From Azolla caroliniana (lineage: Eukaryota > Plantae > Polypodiophyta): 64,000 nucleotides of DNA. The position numbers and the translations under genes were made by a program. Below, one piece after another: positions 24,031-37,900 of this stretch. The number at the start of each line of letters is the position of its first letter. Position 1 is the first letter of the stretch. The stretch is from positions 6,138,001 through 6,202,000 of the forward strand of contig JBHGNT010000008.1 in assembly GCA_043228905.1 (NCBI GenBank). The letters are read 5' to 3'. The notes below the pieces were generated by a model, which saw only the letters and a program-made list of their open reading frames with translations, was not told the origin of the DNA and did no database searches.

Positions 24031-24358
24031 ACATCAGTGCCATGCAGGGGGTGCATGTTCTCAACACAGTTCATGCCCTTGCAAGGATGGTCACACAACA
24101 TGCCAGCATAACTTCATCTCTATCTTGTCGCCCCCTAAATGGTTTCCTTAACTCACCTTTTATAACTTATGCCTGTAAATTTCCATGTCACTTCAACTGC
24201 ATCCTACTCTGCCAACACCAGGAGAGTAACTATTGAGTATTCCTTAAAATTCCATTTTAGTGAGTTAAATACCCAGAATTTCTGATATCTAATCATTACT
24301 TATTATGTACAACTACAAGTTTATTTCAAAGTTATCAAATGTCTTACTCTTAACATGA

Positions 24359-27300
24359 TCAGTTACAGGTGCTTTTGTTGAACAGCTCTGAAGTTAAATT
24401 TGCTGTAAATGCTGGAATTGATTTGAATTTCTTACAGTATACATCCACCTACACAAACATAATGGAGATCAGAATGAAAAATCAACAATGCCGACAGAAT
24501 CCAATAGATGAACAGGATTTAATTATCTGAATTAGCAATTCATTAACAAGACAAGTAGAGTTCAACTTTGGCAGTTTTCTATTTGAAGGATTATCATCCT
24601 CAATGTGTGATTTCATTCCACACAACATTTTCAATTTCATTAAAAGATGATTTGTTTCCATTGAAATATAGGTAGGGAGGATGCTCTAACCATCCTTGAT
24701 ATTTCTGGGGAAGATGCATATTTGTTTGCCTGAAAGAATCAGCATTCAACAAATGTTAATATGCTCCAAGAACAGCAACCAATACCGGAGTATTGATCAT
24801 CTTACCCGTAGATTCATACGATTTGATTCTAACTGAAATTCCATAGTTTCATCTTCATTCTGTGCATAAATTGATTGAAGTGTGAATAGTGTTACAGTCA
24901 TGCCGGTTGACACCTCCTGTTCCTCACTCATCTCAACCTGTGAATACACAAAGTGCTGAGCCTAATCAGTACAACAGCGTTAAAGCAGCTTCCAAACCCT
25001 TTTTGAGAGAATAAACTTCTTACCATATAACCAAATAACAAGCAACATGCTTGCCTGAATAGGGAAATCTTTTCTGCAAATACTTTCTTATATCTGCAGT
25101 CAATATTCAAAAATGTTCCATAATCCATATTATCAACAAATCGCCCAGAATTTGAAAATGGTTTAAGGAGAACTGAAAAATGTTTCTCTAGTGGAATAAA
25201 ATTTGCTACAATACTTGTATCTCTAAGAAATCAAAGAACACAAGTCATATGATTGCACCTCCTTTCATCCAAATTTACTCATATTCTTACATTCCTTTGA
25301 TTTTCTTTTCATTAATTTAAAATGACTGCTGATATAAATATACTGAAAAATAACAGATCAGAAATCAATTCTTGCCTCGCCTCCCGCTTCTCTAGTGAGT
25401 TAACTTGCTCGTGTAATAATGATAGTTCTGTGTTTTTGGTGGACTCCATCCCTGCCAGAACAATAGAGGCAATGCAAAAAATGTGCTTAGTAGAAGCTAG
25501 GAATAAAATTCCATTAATGATTCTTCCCAGCAATTTATGTACTACTTAAAACAAACGAGCAGTAAATAAAATAAGTACTCATTGTCTGGAGACTAGCAAA
25601 CCATGCGATCAAGATGATCAATGTCTGTGCCAGAGTATTTGATATGAATGGAGTGTATTTGATATTCCATGGGAGTATTCCCTGGTTACCCTACAGTAAC
25701 CTCCTGGGTACTCTGAGAGTCCCAACGATCAGAATCCCCTATACACTTTTCTGGAGGCAAAGAACAAAAGGGAAGGCATACAACCCTCAGTGAACACATG
25801 TTGGTGAAAGAGAATCTAGTGTCCACCAAGGATTCTTGTCTCATACATTCAGCACTACATGTAGTTTCTGAAGTGGCCATGGCATGAAGACTGCATCTTA
25901 GGTTTTCCAATGCTTGTTATAACTGTAAGAGATTACGGCATCTTGTTAGCAATCTTTAAGATTGCAAAAAACCTCTGCTATACAAGAGATTGTTAACACA
26001 GTGAGTGTGTGACCCTCAGGGAAGGCCATTAATAAAAATTGGATTGATGGTAGAAAAAAATGACAATTGTGTAAGATGCAAAGATTTTGGATTGTTGAAT
26101 ATCTGGATATGAAGTAGACTGAAGCACATCATTTACATGTAACATTATGCCCAACGCATAAACAATCAAGGATGGATGTACAAAGGATCATATATTTGAT
26201 GTTCCGAGGTTTGCTACAGTTCAGGAAAGGGAAAATCATTAATCATAGCTCGCCTTAATACATTTCTTAACAACAAAATCATACACTTCAAGAAGAATAA
26301 AATGAAATTAAAGTTACGATAAAACATGTTGAACACATAAGTAAGATGCATCTGTACTCAACAGGAACATATACCTTTATTCAACCTATTGTCTTCTAGA
26401 GATTTCACTTTTTCACGCAAGCCCTGAATTTCTGCAAGGAGAGCCTGCTTCTCAGCATTGACATCCAAGTTCTCCACCATGTGCACAACTCTAGTTGTCA
26501 AGGGATCATAGTCTCCCCGTCCTAACTGCAGCAGGCAGAATTTCCATTTCTTTCTTATAAATTTAGCTTATGCATACACAACACATGAAAACAATAAATT
26601 GTAAGAAACATCAGACAAATATGAGAAATAATCCTACTTATGTCTTACAATCAGAAAGAAACAAATATTTTTTGCAGTGCACAAGAAATTGAAATAAGAT
26701 ACCACTTAGTCACATACCCACACACAGTTAAAAGGACTCGCCATAAACTAATTTAACTGCCATGCACTTTCGAGCATCCTCATAGCAATAGAACTAAATG
26801 CCACGGGTCCTCTTGTAATCACAAGTTGGAAACAGGAGAAAGATGTAAGCGAGCCTTGGGCTGTAGCAGGTACTAGTGAAGAAGACTAAGTGAAGGTTAA
26901 TCAGAAGCAAATCAAATGTACTAATTCACTACCTAAAACTCTACAAATAATGGAGCCTTGCAGAATAGGCATTGCCTTCATCTGTTGGGATCTATTGGGA
27001 TCTTTGGAGTTATGTTTTATTTGTGTTTAAATTGAAATATATTGGGATCTTTAGAGTTAGTGTATACTTAATGTATAGTATCTAATATGGATATGCCATC
27101 TTGCTGGCAATATGATCCATGGAAAAAAAACCTCAAGACATAATAATCCGTAACAGGACCATGTGACCTCTCAAGGATGTCATTTAATGTACCTTTGTTT
27201 CTGCTTTTGCTAGGTCTATTCTTAGGGCGTCTCCTTCTCGCTGAAGATCTTCTACCAATGCCTCTAATTCCTGCATGAAGGGTGAACCAAAATCAAATTA

Positions 27301-30300
27301 CAGCATGAATACAACCACACCCCAAATTTAGGTTCTAAAGTGCACCTGAATTCGCTTTTCTTTGGCTTTGCCAGGGGTGAACGTACCAATATCCATCTTA
27401 TTTTGAGATGTAAGAATAGCATCCTCCTCATCATATGAAGCTAATATTGCTTTCAAGCCATCTCTTTCTTTTGTTAGAAGCTCCACCTATAAAATTCATT
27501 AATTGCAAATTGTTACAAACAAATAGAATCAGATATTGTTAGATTTACTCTTGTTGTAGCTCCTTGCAAGACATGAAATTTTTTAAATATATTGATATTT
27601 CTCGCGTTGCTTATATTCAAACCTCCTGCATTAAAGATAGTAGATGAAAAAAAAGGACAGTGAAAGTGTGACATAGCAGTAATGGCCATGCATTGTAAAA
27701 CAGCCGAAAACAGATGTCATGCATTGTCACACAACCAGCAGAACAAAGAAAGCAAGGGGCGATTACCCTTGTCTTGGCTTTCATCAATAAGGACTTTTTT
27801 AGAATCCTTGCTCTCAAGCGCAAGTAAAGAAAAGAAAAAAGATGCATTATAGCTTATGCATGCAATCCCTAAGAGAAGCATGAAAGGTGGATCAATGACT
27901 GATCCTGGTTGATTCAAGAACCACAAGCAGTAATTGTGGAGGGCATCAAAACCAGTGTTAGAGGAATTCCCTCTAAGAGCTCCATCTGCGAGACAACGGT
28001 AGAAGTGTGATGTCCCCAAGCAAACAGAAGAAGAAGGATGAGAACTGGTCTGGATCTCATATGATAGGACAGACAGAAGGTGAAAACTAATGGGCAGTGA
28101 TTAGCATCCACATTTGATTAGCAAGCTGTTCTTGTTATCTCTCAAGAGCATAGAACAGTATTATGGAGCCGAGAATATGTCTCCTCAACCAGACAATACA
28201 TTAGAAATCTGCAAGTCATCCTGACATTGTTGTAAAATACTTAGCATAAAATACGTGTAGAATACGTATTCTAAGTATTCTACAAGTAATCTTTCTTTCT
28301 TTTTTAAATACTTAGAATATGTATTTTATAGATAAAATACGTTAAATACTTAGAATACGTTTAGAATACTTAGAATTCGTGTAGAATACTTGTAAAATAC
28401 GTTAAATACTTCTTAAAATTTGAAGCTTTTTTCAAAAATAAATAAATATTTTTTGAAATGATAAATAATTGTTAAATAGGTTGAATACGTCAAATTTTAA
28501 AAAACGGCAGTTCTAAAACGTAGAATACGTGTAGAATACTTCAGAGTATTCTAAAACGTACTCTAAACGTAGAATACGTGTTTTTTAACAACTATGCATG
28601 CTGATATTTTTATCAGTAGCCAGTGTTTCAATTTAGATGGATTGAACCCTATAAAATTGAGCCTCATCTAGCTCACTAAAGCCACCATTTCTTTCATCCT
28701 GACTGGCATTCCCAAAGCAACTAAGCTTATGAGGACAACTATATCATATCAATGTCAAACAACAAAGATGATAGGCCATATAAAAAGCATTTCAACAATC
28801 ATATTGGCACCATGTTTTCACCAATGAGCACTGCATTACTCGTAATACTCAGTCCCTCAATTCTCTTCCATTCTTCTTTGCTGATAACTCATAAGTAGCA
28901 TTACTACCTTTCATCGTACTTGCAAGGTTTTCTAGTGCAGATTTGTATACTATGTTTTTCATATTTTAATTCTTGCTACGTTTCAATGACTGTTAAAAAG
29001 ATGCAAAGAGAATGATGATATAAATTGGAGATCATACTCTTATGCATAACAAACCTCAAAGAATCCCAAAATACCCCTACACAAATCCTATTTTCAATTC
29101 CCTCACCATTTCCCACACCATGTTCAGACTTTTGTATGGGAAGATTACAGGGCCATACTTGAATCCCACCAGTCTCAGTAGCTGTCAAGGGCCTATCCTA
29201 GAAATACAAACATCATTCTATTACATACATCTGAGAAATTGATATCAAATCAAAAGATGTTACAAAACTGTATCCCAAATCAATATGCACATTACAATGA
29301 TTGCTATCAACCTAACAAAACATTATACAAAAAACATCAATGGTAGGTATAGTGAAGGTCACATTAAATAAGCGCTAGTATGAAGGAATTATTTTATGAT
29401 TTAAACTGATAACCAATGGATATAAAGGGATGAATATCGCATAGCTGAATCAAACAAAGAAGTTTTGAGAAGTTTGTTGATATCCTTACCTTCCTCTTTA
29501 GCCTCTGATTCTGCAGTTCCAAATCATTGGCAACATCTCTTGACAAATTGGCATTTTCCTGGCCTCCTCTATTCTCTTTACCACTGGCAAATTCAAGTTG
29601 TACTGTCAGCTCTGCGATTTTTGCAGTTGCAAAGAGAGCTTCCCTGTCAGAAGAAAAGATTATGAGAGCTTATCTAAAGTTTTCAAGATGGTGAACACCA
29701 ATCAACCAAGAATTTACCTTCGAAGAGCTGCAAACTTTCTCGGTATATCATCCAGTCTTTCAACATCTGGGATCTCATCTAGAAGGCATTTCCATGATTG
29801 CAATTCTCTTTTAAGGGACTCCACTTGTATCTCACGATCAGCAAGCTCTTCCAGAGCTGCTTCAGCTCTTTCTGCCCGTAATCTCTCACTTTCAAGCTTC
29901 TCCTTCAGAAGAGAAACATTTGTATGGAACTGTTTGACCTTTCGAGCTTCAGCAACATCAGCTTCCTATAGAAGCCGCAAACACTCCAAACTTAGCATTC
30001 ATGAACATGTTAAACATCACATATATCATGAGTCAAACATCATTTGGAAAAACTTTTAAATAACCATGATTTTTTCTTGATTTACCCACATGCCCTTAGA
30101 CAAGCCCTATAAAACAATTATATGTAATATATCACAAGTTATATGGTTAATGCAAACCTTTTTTTCTTTTTCTGGTTCTTATGTCATTTAAAGAGCAATG
30201 CAATGTCATTATACACGCAACCAAAATTTATGATGCAGCATATACAAGCACGAAATTGGTGGCTAAAGGCCTCTAGAGCCACAATGTTAAGCAATAATAC

Positions 30301-33300
30301 AGATACTTCAAAATATGATGACCAAATAAATATAGCATACTCCAGTTTCAGGTTAGTTCATATTACAAAGCTCTTTAACTCATCTCTCAGAGTCTTGATC
30401 ACTAATTGCACATCTTGGTCATGAGGAGATGCAACTTGACAGGTTGTTGCTGCAAGTTTTCTTGATAGCTCACAATTTTCTTCCAAACACTGCAAACAAA
30501 AGATGAAAGAAATCAAAAAGTGCTTTTGCAACTAAGAAGGAACAAAACCATGCTACTTTATTCCAAAGTTATGCATCTATTCTTTTCTGAAGGGAGAAAC
30601 ACCTGAGCTATAAGCAAACATATCATTTGACAAATCCCGAATGCAAGTAGATGCCAAAATCAGTGGAAAATTCCAATAATACTGATCCAAATAAACATCC
30701 AGAGACGCACTATATCCATGATACTCATGCAAATACATAAGACGGAGTTCTACCTCAGACAAGCGTTGTTGGAGATTATCACATTGAGCTTGAATGGCTT
30801 GGACTTCAGCTTCAGCAATCTGGATTCTAGATTTCTCAGCAGAAATCTGAAAAATGAATATTTTAGAAATCAACTGATGCTGGCATTGACCATTGTGGGC
30901 AGCAATTAAATAATAGGAAAATCTCTGAATACCCTTACATTTACTTATTATTACTCCAAATGACCCAACGTTTTCATTATTTGCCCAATGCCCTTGTTCA
31001 ACCCCTTGTGAGCACTTATGTGGTCAATCCATTCTCTTTTTCTCTCTTTTGGGAGGGTCCCTCAGGCATTTCAGGAGATAAAAAAAAAACTAAGGGTGTT
31101 TTGGAGCTTCTCTTGAATAAACTGAGGCACTTTACATGAAACCCAGAAACAATTTTGGGATCAATTATTCTTCTACAGACCTCTATATTAGCTTTTGATG
31201 CATCTCGCTGAATATCCTTCTGCAGTTTACTGATGCATTCTTCTAGCCATATGATTTGCTTCTTTGATTCCTCTTTGGTTTTATTTGATTCATACTCTAA
31301 GGATACAATTTTATTTGTCGCAGCATCCAGTTTCATTTCTGCTTCAGATCGATGTCGCATCTCCTGCTGGAACTTAACCTGTGCATATCATTTTAAATAA
31401 GATTATGTTGAAATGAATTCCTTCAAGTAAAACTCTTGCTGATATAATACTGAAAACCTGCTACAGAATATCCAGCACCTCAAGATCCTCACATCGCTTG
31501 AACTGTGCACGATACATTTCTTCAGCCCGCTCCATTTCTCTGATGTATTTCTCCTCTATTGCTCTCTCACGAGCACTTGCTGCCGCCTCTTCTTGCTCCA
31601 ACCTCTTTACCCGTTCCACTAGACCTTTCTTTTCTACATCTGAAAAGAGTAGCCTCTCAATTAAGAAACAATTCAATAGACACTAAAGCAGTGAATTCAA
31701 ATTGGAGAATCACATGGGCAGATATGGACGAGAACATCAAATTTCTTTTAATTGACAGGTACTCAAAGTAATAGAGAGCTGATTTGTTTTGGTAATTATA
31801 GTAATAGATGACATCGTCCAAAATCCAGACGGATAGAAAAGTTTGTAATACTCAAGTTTCACCCTATGATACTCTCCGAAAACCCCTCTAAAATGTATAG
31901 AATACATCTATCATTAGGATGTTCAGCCTATGATACTCTCCCAAAACCCCTCTAAAATGTATAGAATACATCTATCATTAGGATATTCACCCTATGATAC
32001 TCTCCCAAAACCTCTCTAAAATGTATAGAATACATCTATCGTTAGGAGGTTCTAGAGTTTATCTAACACATCTAAATATTTGCATTGTAGAATTTGGACA
32101 ATGAAAAACTCAAAGGATCCTCAAAACTCCTATAGGCCAAACTTTCCAAATACTCTGCTACTACTTAGACCAAAGTTATGAGCCAACTTTGGTACATAGA
32201 AGGAATGTGGTGAGTTTCCCGAGACTGCAAAATATCTTCTATAAATGCTCTCTCTTAAAGAGTTTGCTGCATTACTACAAAACAGTAGCTTTTCCTTCAG
32301 CCCAAATGGTTGTATAGCACAAATAACTTTCACCCTTATTTTTTATGGCTGCTCTGATATTTATCTTTACCACCAACAATGCCTTGCGTTCATAAGGTGT
32401 TGCAGTATATTCTTTCTGAGAAGAGTGACAAGAATTTTCTAAATTTTTATAATTACAAAACAACTTCTTATTACCTGCAGACATAGCGGAACTCCGTAGA
32501 TCCTCAACTTGCGATGAAAGTTCTGCAATCTTTTTTTCTTGGTCTTCTAGGTTCTCCAAAACCTCGGACTTGACCTATCATAAAGTAAACAATATGGTAT
32601 CAAATAAAAGAACAGTTTTAACATATCAACCATCGCCACCAATGGATGTACCAACCAGATAACTCTTACTTCCACGAGTGAGCATTTGCAGACAGCAACA
32701 CGTTTAAATACAGAAAAGGCAAAGAAAACATAGAACACAGCAAGACTATATGGAGCTTAAAATGTAGATGCAACTTACGGCTTGCAGTGGATGAAAAAAA
32801 TGTACAGAATGTAAACAGTCCTGCCTATAAACGGGAACATTTTGCATCATGAACTTTATGTAAGCGGTGGACATAAGACAGGTAATACAGAAGTTAGCAC
32901 TTAAACATCAAAAGTGCATTCAAACTCATTTTGTAATTGGCACAATTATTGCTATGATCAATGAAAGTGCATTGACTTTCATATCCATAATATAGATTTG
33001 AGGGTTCTTGCTTAGGAGCGTAGTTGGGACATGAACAGTCACAAACGTGGACAGTCAACTGTAAAAGGAGACAGCATGCAGTTGGACAAGTTCATCTCAT
33101 GGGAGTGACTTGTGATGACAGATGGTGCGTGAGGTGCTCAATGGAGCCCGTTGACAATGGAAGTTAGGATCTTGCAGATTGCTATGAAGTGCAGTCGGAG
33201 AGTTGAGAGTAAGCTGATCCCTTGTTCGTCAAAGTGATCAACTACAGTACAAACGAAGAAAGGGAAACTGCGAAGAAACCATCAGTTCTTTGTACAGATG

Positions 33301-34066
33301 TCATGTATTAGAACTTTGAGAGATATTTCCGAACATCCAGATTATTTAGAGCGATGAAAGCAAAGGTTATTATTCAGTTTATGACACCATCACATCTATA
33401 CGGCGACCAGATAGCAGATTCAACACAATAGCATACATATGGATGGACTGAACATTCTAGCCATTGCCATAGGTAGCTCTCCTACAGATCAAGTTTCAAC
33501 ACAATAGCATACATCTGGATGGTCTGAACATTCTAGCCATTGCCATTGTCAAGTTTCACTACAATCCTCATCAAAATTGTGCAGTGTGGGGGTTGACATC
33601 GTCGAGAACAAAAGGAAAGATCGAAACAACATTAGGAAGCTTTCCAAAATACAAATAAGCCATTTCTTCGCATGAAAGAGAACGCGAATAAAATAAAATA
33701 AAAGCCACATAAGGGAAGACAAGGAGGAGAGACCAAAGTAGCGAGAAATCTGCAGAGGGAGACGGGAAAACGCACCATTTGCTTGCACTTGTAAGTACAA
33801 CGGAAGCTTCCATGAGCGTCACCATCGAGATGATCACAGTCGAGATGGTGATCAAAGGTTATTTCTTGCTGGCTGTGGCGAAGGACGATCTGCTGCTGAG
33901 GTTGAGAGGAAGGAAGAGGCCCTTCTCCTCCTCCTTCTACTTCTACTACTACTACTTCTTCTTCTTCTTCTTCTTCTTCTACTACTACTACTACGCTGTC
34001 TCCGTGGAGAGCAGGAGGAGAAGGAAGGCGAGGTCTCTTGTACGCAGGAGGTGTCCGCTGCATCAT
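24359..34066 (-). CDS. MAD1: Mitotic spindle assembly checkpoint protein MAD1
   Basis: 16 exons (minus): 34066-33776, 32574-32475, 31639-31479, 31378-31181, 30846-30754, 30489-30367, 29965-29718, 29643-29490, 27486-27346, 27270-27193, 26525-26375, 25451-25376, 25093-25024, 24937-24806, 24729-24691, 24448-24359; total 2145 nt, about 714 aa, open frame. Plant MAD1 N-terminus (RTP..KR.R; CTY.C.QMVKSE), long coiled coil, LLTKERDGLKAILASYD, LGRGDY....RVVHM (MAD2-binding region), EKRE.RYK.VFA..IS.FR.ACC.LFGY, FTLQSIYAQ, SIPAFTANLT. Confidence 0.95.
28225..28596. mobile_element. hAT-type MITE in MAD1 intron 8
   Basis: Imperfect TIRs cattgttgtaaaa / ttttaacaactatg. 8-bp TSD catcctga (28217-24) vs catgctga (28597-604), 7/8 identical. 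Internal agaatacgt repeats. Confidence 0.8.
31858..32048. repeat. Tandem repeat, 64 bp x3, in MAD1 intron 2
   Basis: a.cctatgatactctcc.aaaacc..tctaaaatgtatagaatacatctatc.ttagga at 31861, 31925 and 31989. Confidence 0.9.
33412..33547. repeat. Direct duplication, about 76 bp x2, in MAD1 intron 1
   Basis: ttcaacacaatagcatacat.tggatgg.ctgaacattctagccattgccat occurs twice. Confidence 0.8.
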
Positions 34067-34189
34067 GGCGGATGATTCTTCTTCTTCTTCTTCTTCTTCT
34101 TCTTCTTGCCTGACTGCCTGCCTCCTGCTGCTGTTGCTTCCTTCCTTCCTTCCTTTCCTTCCTTCAAATCAATGGCGCCAAAACTTGAG

Positions 34190-34221
<32 letters not shown>

Positions 34222-34250
34222 GTCTGTCTCTGTCACTGTCTTTGGCTATA

Positions 34251-34600
34251 ACATGTGGCGTAGAGTCGGCAACGGCTCGGCTCAAGCAGCCTAAACCGAG
34301 CTGTTAAACCGCTCATAAACGGTTTGATGGTTCGGTTTGTCTAGGTTCATGCTTGTGCTTTCTTAACTAGCTTGAGCTCAATGTATTGTTGTTTGAGTGG
34401 GCGGGATCCCGGCGGACACACGGACACTTGCATGTGGTGTAGGAGTCGGCAACAGCTCGGCTCAAGCCTAAACCGAGCCGTTAAACCATTTTCAAATGGT
34501 TTGGCGGTTCGGTTCAGGCATGTGCTTCCTTAACTAGTTTGAGCTTGAGTTCAATGTATTGTTGTTTACGTGGGACAAATCCCGGAGGACACAGACACTT
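34251..34600. mobile_element. Two tandem copies (about 180 bp) of a hAT-MITE end directly upstream of MAD1
   Basis: catgtgg.gtag(g)agtcggcaac.gctcggctcaagc..taaaccgagc at about 34252 and 34431. Same terminus as the element at 41973. Confidence 0.6.
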
Positions 34601-34967
34601 TGTCGCCGGCCGGGCGGTGTCGTTCATTGGTGTTTTAGTGGCCACATGGCCATGAGACGCACCCCGTACACATTCAAGATATGTCGGTAATCCATCAGGG
34701 GGTTGTATCGATCAAGAGGAAATCATGTATGTGCACCTTAAAGAGGTTGTATAGCTTATTATATCTGATACTTATCGTTTGTCAAGCTGCCAAGAAATAA
34801 GTAATTAAAAAGTTGAATGGTGAGATGAGCGCTCCCCCCTCTCCCCCGTTAAGGGAAATAATGTCATGTTTCTTTCATTGTAACAAACCCTACAAGGCTT
34901 TTGTATTTTCACTCTCAACTATTGATTATGAGCCAAATCTATGTCAAGAACATGGTTATATTGTAAT

Positions 34968-37900
34968 TATCAAGAATCGGATGGATTTTGTACAACGGAA
35001 GAACTATGTGTGTGTGTGTGTGTGTGGAGAGAGAGAGAGAGAGACAATAAAACAGAAAATCGTATTAACAAGAAAAACAAGAATTGCCAACAACATACAA
35101 GGAGAAGGTCACCTTCTCCCTAAATTCTCTTACTAGCACCTCATATTGGGAAAGAGGTCATGTCTTAACTACCTAAAGAATATGTGTCATAGAACATTAA
35201 CTTCTATGACACACTAGTTACTATACAAGGAGGTGGGTGTTCACACACTCGAGTATCCTAGAGTGTGTTCCCACTCACAGGATGTTGAGTTTGATTCTCA
35301 ACACGTCGGATGGAAGTTTTGTTTGAATCAAACTCAACTTCCACTCGTCGGATGGTTTGCTCAGACTGGTCTTCGGATTAGCTTTGAGTCGACTCCGGCT
35401 TTAGCTTCGAATGACCGCTACACTCCTATTGCTCCTTACTCCACCTCAAGCTTGATTGGTCGAAAGTCCCAGGTTTGTCGTGAACTATCTCAGTTTGTCG
35501 ACTCCTAGGGCCTTGGTGAAGATGTCGGTCGTCTGCAAGTTTGTGTTGATGTGTTGCATGTCAACATCCCTGGCCAGAACACACTCTCGAATGAAGTGAT
35601 AGTGCACTTCGATGTGTTTCGTTCGAGCATAGAAGGTTGGGTTTCGAGTGAGGTGAATATTGCTCACGTTATCGCAATAGAGGATAATCGGATCCTTGAT
35701 GGGAACGCCCAGATCCTTCAAGATTCTCTTGAGCCAAACGACTTCACATGCGGCAACGATCACGCCCCTATATTCGGCTTCGGTGCTCAACAATGTGACT
35801 ATTGGCTATTTCCTACTACTCCACAATATGCCACCACTGCCGAGAGAGAAAACAAATCCGGATGTCGATCATCGGTCAACTTTGTAGCCGATCCAGTCGG
35901 CATCGGTATAACCTTCAAGTCGAATCGGTGTGGCCGATTTGTAAAGGATGCTGAAATCCATCATCCCACCCACATAATGTATCGCTCGCTCAACACAGTC
36001 GAGATGGATGTCTCTACAGAGTTTGCATGAACTGGCTAAGGAGGCCGACCAAGTAACTCAGGTCGGGTAATTGTGAGGTAGATCAGGCTTTCAACTAGCT
36101 ATTGATAGAGTGTCGGCTCACACTCACTAGTGCATGAGTCGGCATCTAGCTTTAGATTTCATTCGAGAGGGGTAGTGACAAGCTTACACTTTGTCATCCC
36201 AAACTTGTAGAGAAGATTGAGGATATAATGCCTTTGAGAAAGCAAGATGTTATCATGAGTTTGAATTACCTCTATTCCGAGAAACTAATGAAGTTCCTTC
36301 ATGTCGGTCATTTCGAATCGGCTGGAGAGGAGCTTCTTGATGTGCTCAATATTTGTTATATACTCTCCTCCTATGACCAAGTCATCCACATAGGTGATGA
36401 TAAATACCTATCCTCTGGAGTCGCTCCGGATGAATAGAGAGTTGTCAGACTTGGACATGTTGAAGTTGATTTGATGAATAGAGAGTTGTCGGACTTGGAC
36501 ATGTTGAAGTTGATTTGATGAATATATTGCATTATCTTCGAATGACATGCTCTCGATGCCTACTTGAGGCCATAGAGAGGATTTTTTAGTCAACTGACTG
36601 CAATCAGATGTGTAGTCGACCTGAATTCAGGCGGTTGTATCATGTACACCTCCTCTTCTAGCTCGCCTTGGAGAAAAGTGTTCTTTACGTCCACCCTTTT
36701 GCTGTTGCAAGCGCGATCACGATTCGAATTGTAGTCATCTTTGCCACCGGGGCAAAGGTCTCTTCGTAGTCGACATCGTGCGTCTGCATGTACCCCTTCT
36801 CCACAAGTCTGGCCTTGTACCGATGGACAGTTATTAGAGATCTAGGTACTAAAGTAAGCTTAAGATAAGGATAAACTAATGATAGATAGAAAGGAGAAAG
36901 AGAAAGAAGGGTGCCGATCCACCCGACCACCCCCGAGCGAAGGGATCGAGACGGACTCGAACCTTGATCGGCGTCCCATATCACCGTCGTGCCGTCGAGT
37001 TGTACCTGTTGCTGGCACGCTCGCTACAAGAGTTGACCCACCACAAGAGCAGAGTCTCGATGTAGTCAAAAGATGATCAAATGAGGGTAGTTAGGCCTCT
37101 TATTTATAGTGATACCCAAGGCCCCCAGGCAAGTTCACACTTGACCTAATGGGTTGTCTCAATCCCGAGGATTAAAAGTAATCCTCCCCTTCTTTACACT
37201 CCCATTTAACCCTCACACTTATCCACGTGTATAGAATACTACGGTAAATTCTCACCACGGGATATTAAATGGTCATGCCCGTAACAACAGTGCCATTGGC
37301 GTTGTGCTTTACTTTGAAGATCCACCAACATTCATTTGCCTTTTGGTGGTTTGAAGAAGGGACGAGATCCCATTTCTCATTCTTGGAGACTACTTGCATC
37401 TCCTCATTCATCGCTTCGACCCATCTCGAGTCCTTCGCGGCTTCGAAAAAGTTTTTTGGTTCTCAGACTGTCGCCACCTTCATCATGAATGCATAATGAT
37501 ATGCCATGTAGTAGTTGTAGCCAAATCAATTGACTACGTTCTTCTCTCGAGTGGATCAATGTGGCTCTACTGGTGTCCTCATGATGGGTACATCCAGTAC
37601 ACCATTCTCACTGTCGGGTGAGTGATTCGGTTCGGTTTAGGGTTTATGCCGCTTCTCGTCGGGAATATGTACAAATGCTATTGAACCGAATATCCTGACA
37701 TGGGATAGATTCGGTTTCTTCCCATAGAACTTTTTGTAGGGGGTAATATCGTGCACTTTTGATGTTGTGCAGTGATTCATTAGATCGTGTTCACCGCTTC
37801 AGCCCAATATGAGTTTGGCATATATATTTCATTCATCATTGCCCTTGCCACCTTGAGTATGTGTCGGTTCTTGCATTCGGTTACTCCATTCTACTAAGGT

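Noticed and set aside
27600-29250. Short ORFs in MAD1 intron 8 as a nested gene
   Set aside because: No coherent exon structure; probably decayed retroelement sequence interrupted by a MITE.
29490-29643. Suspected frameshift in MAD1 exon 8
   Set aside because: Re-reading shows an open frame, and the exon lengths sum to a multiple of three.
31858-32048. 64-bp periodic repeat as a CRISPR array
   Set aside because: Whole-unit tandem repeat in an intron, with no variable spacers.
34755-34780. atatctgatac resembling U2 snRNA
   Set aside because: Match is only about 11 nt, with no branch-recognition region or Sm site.
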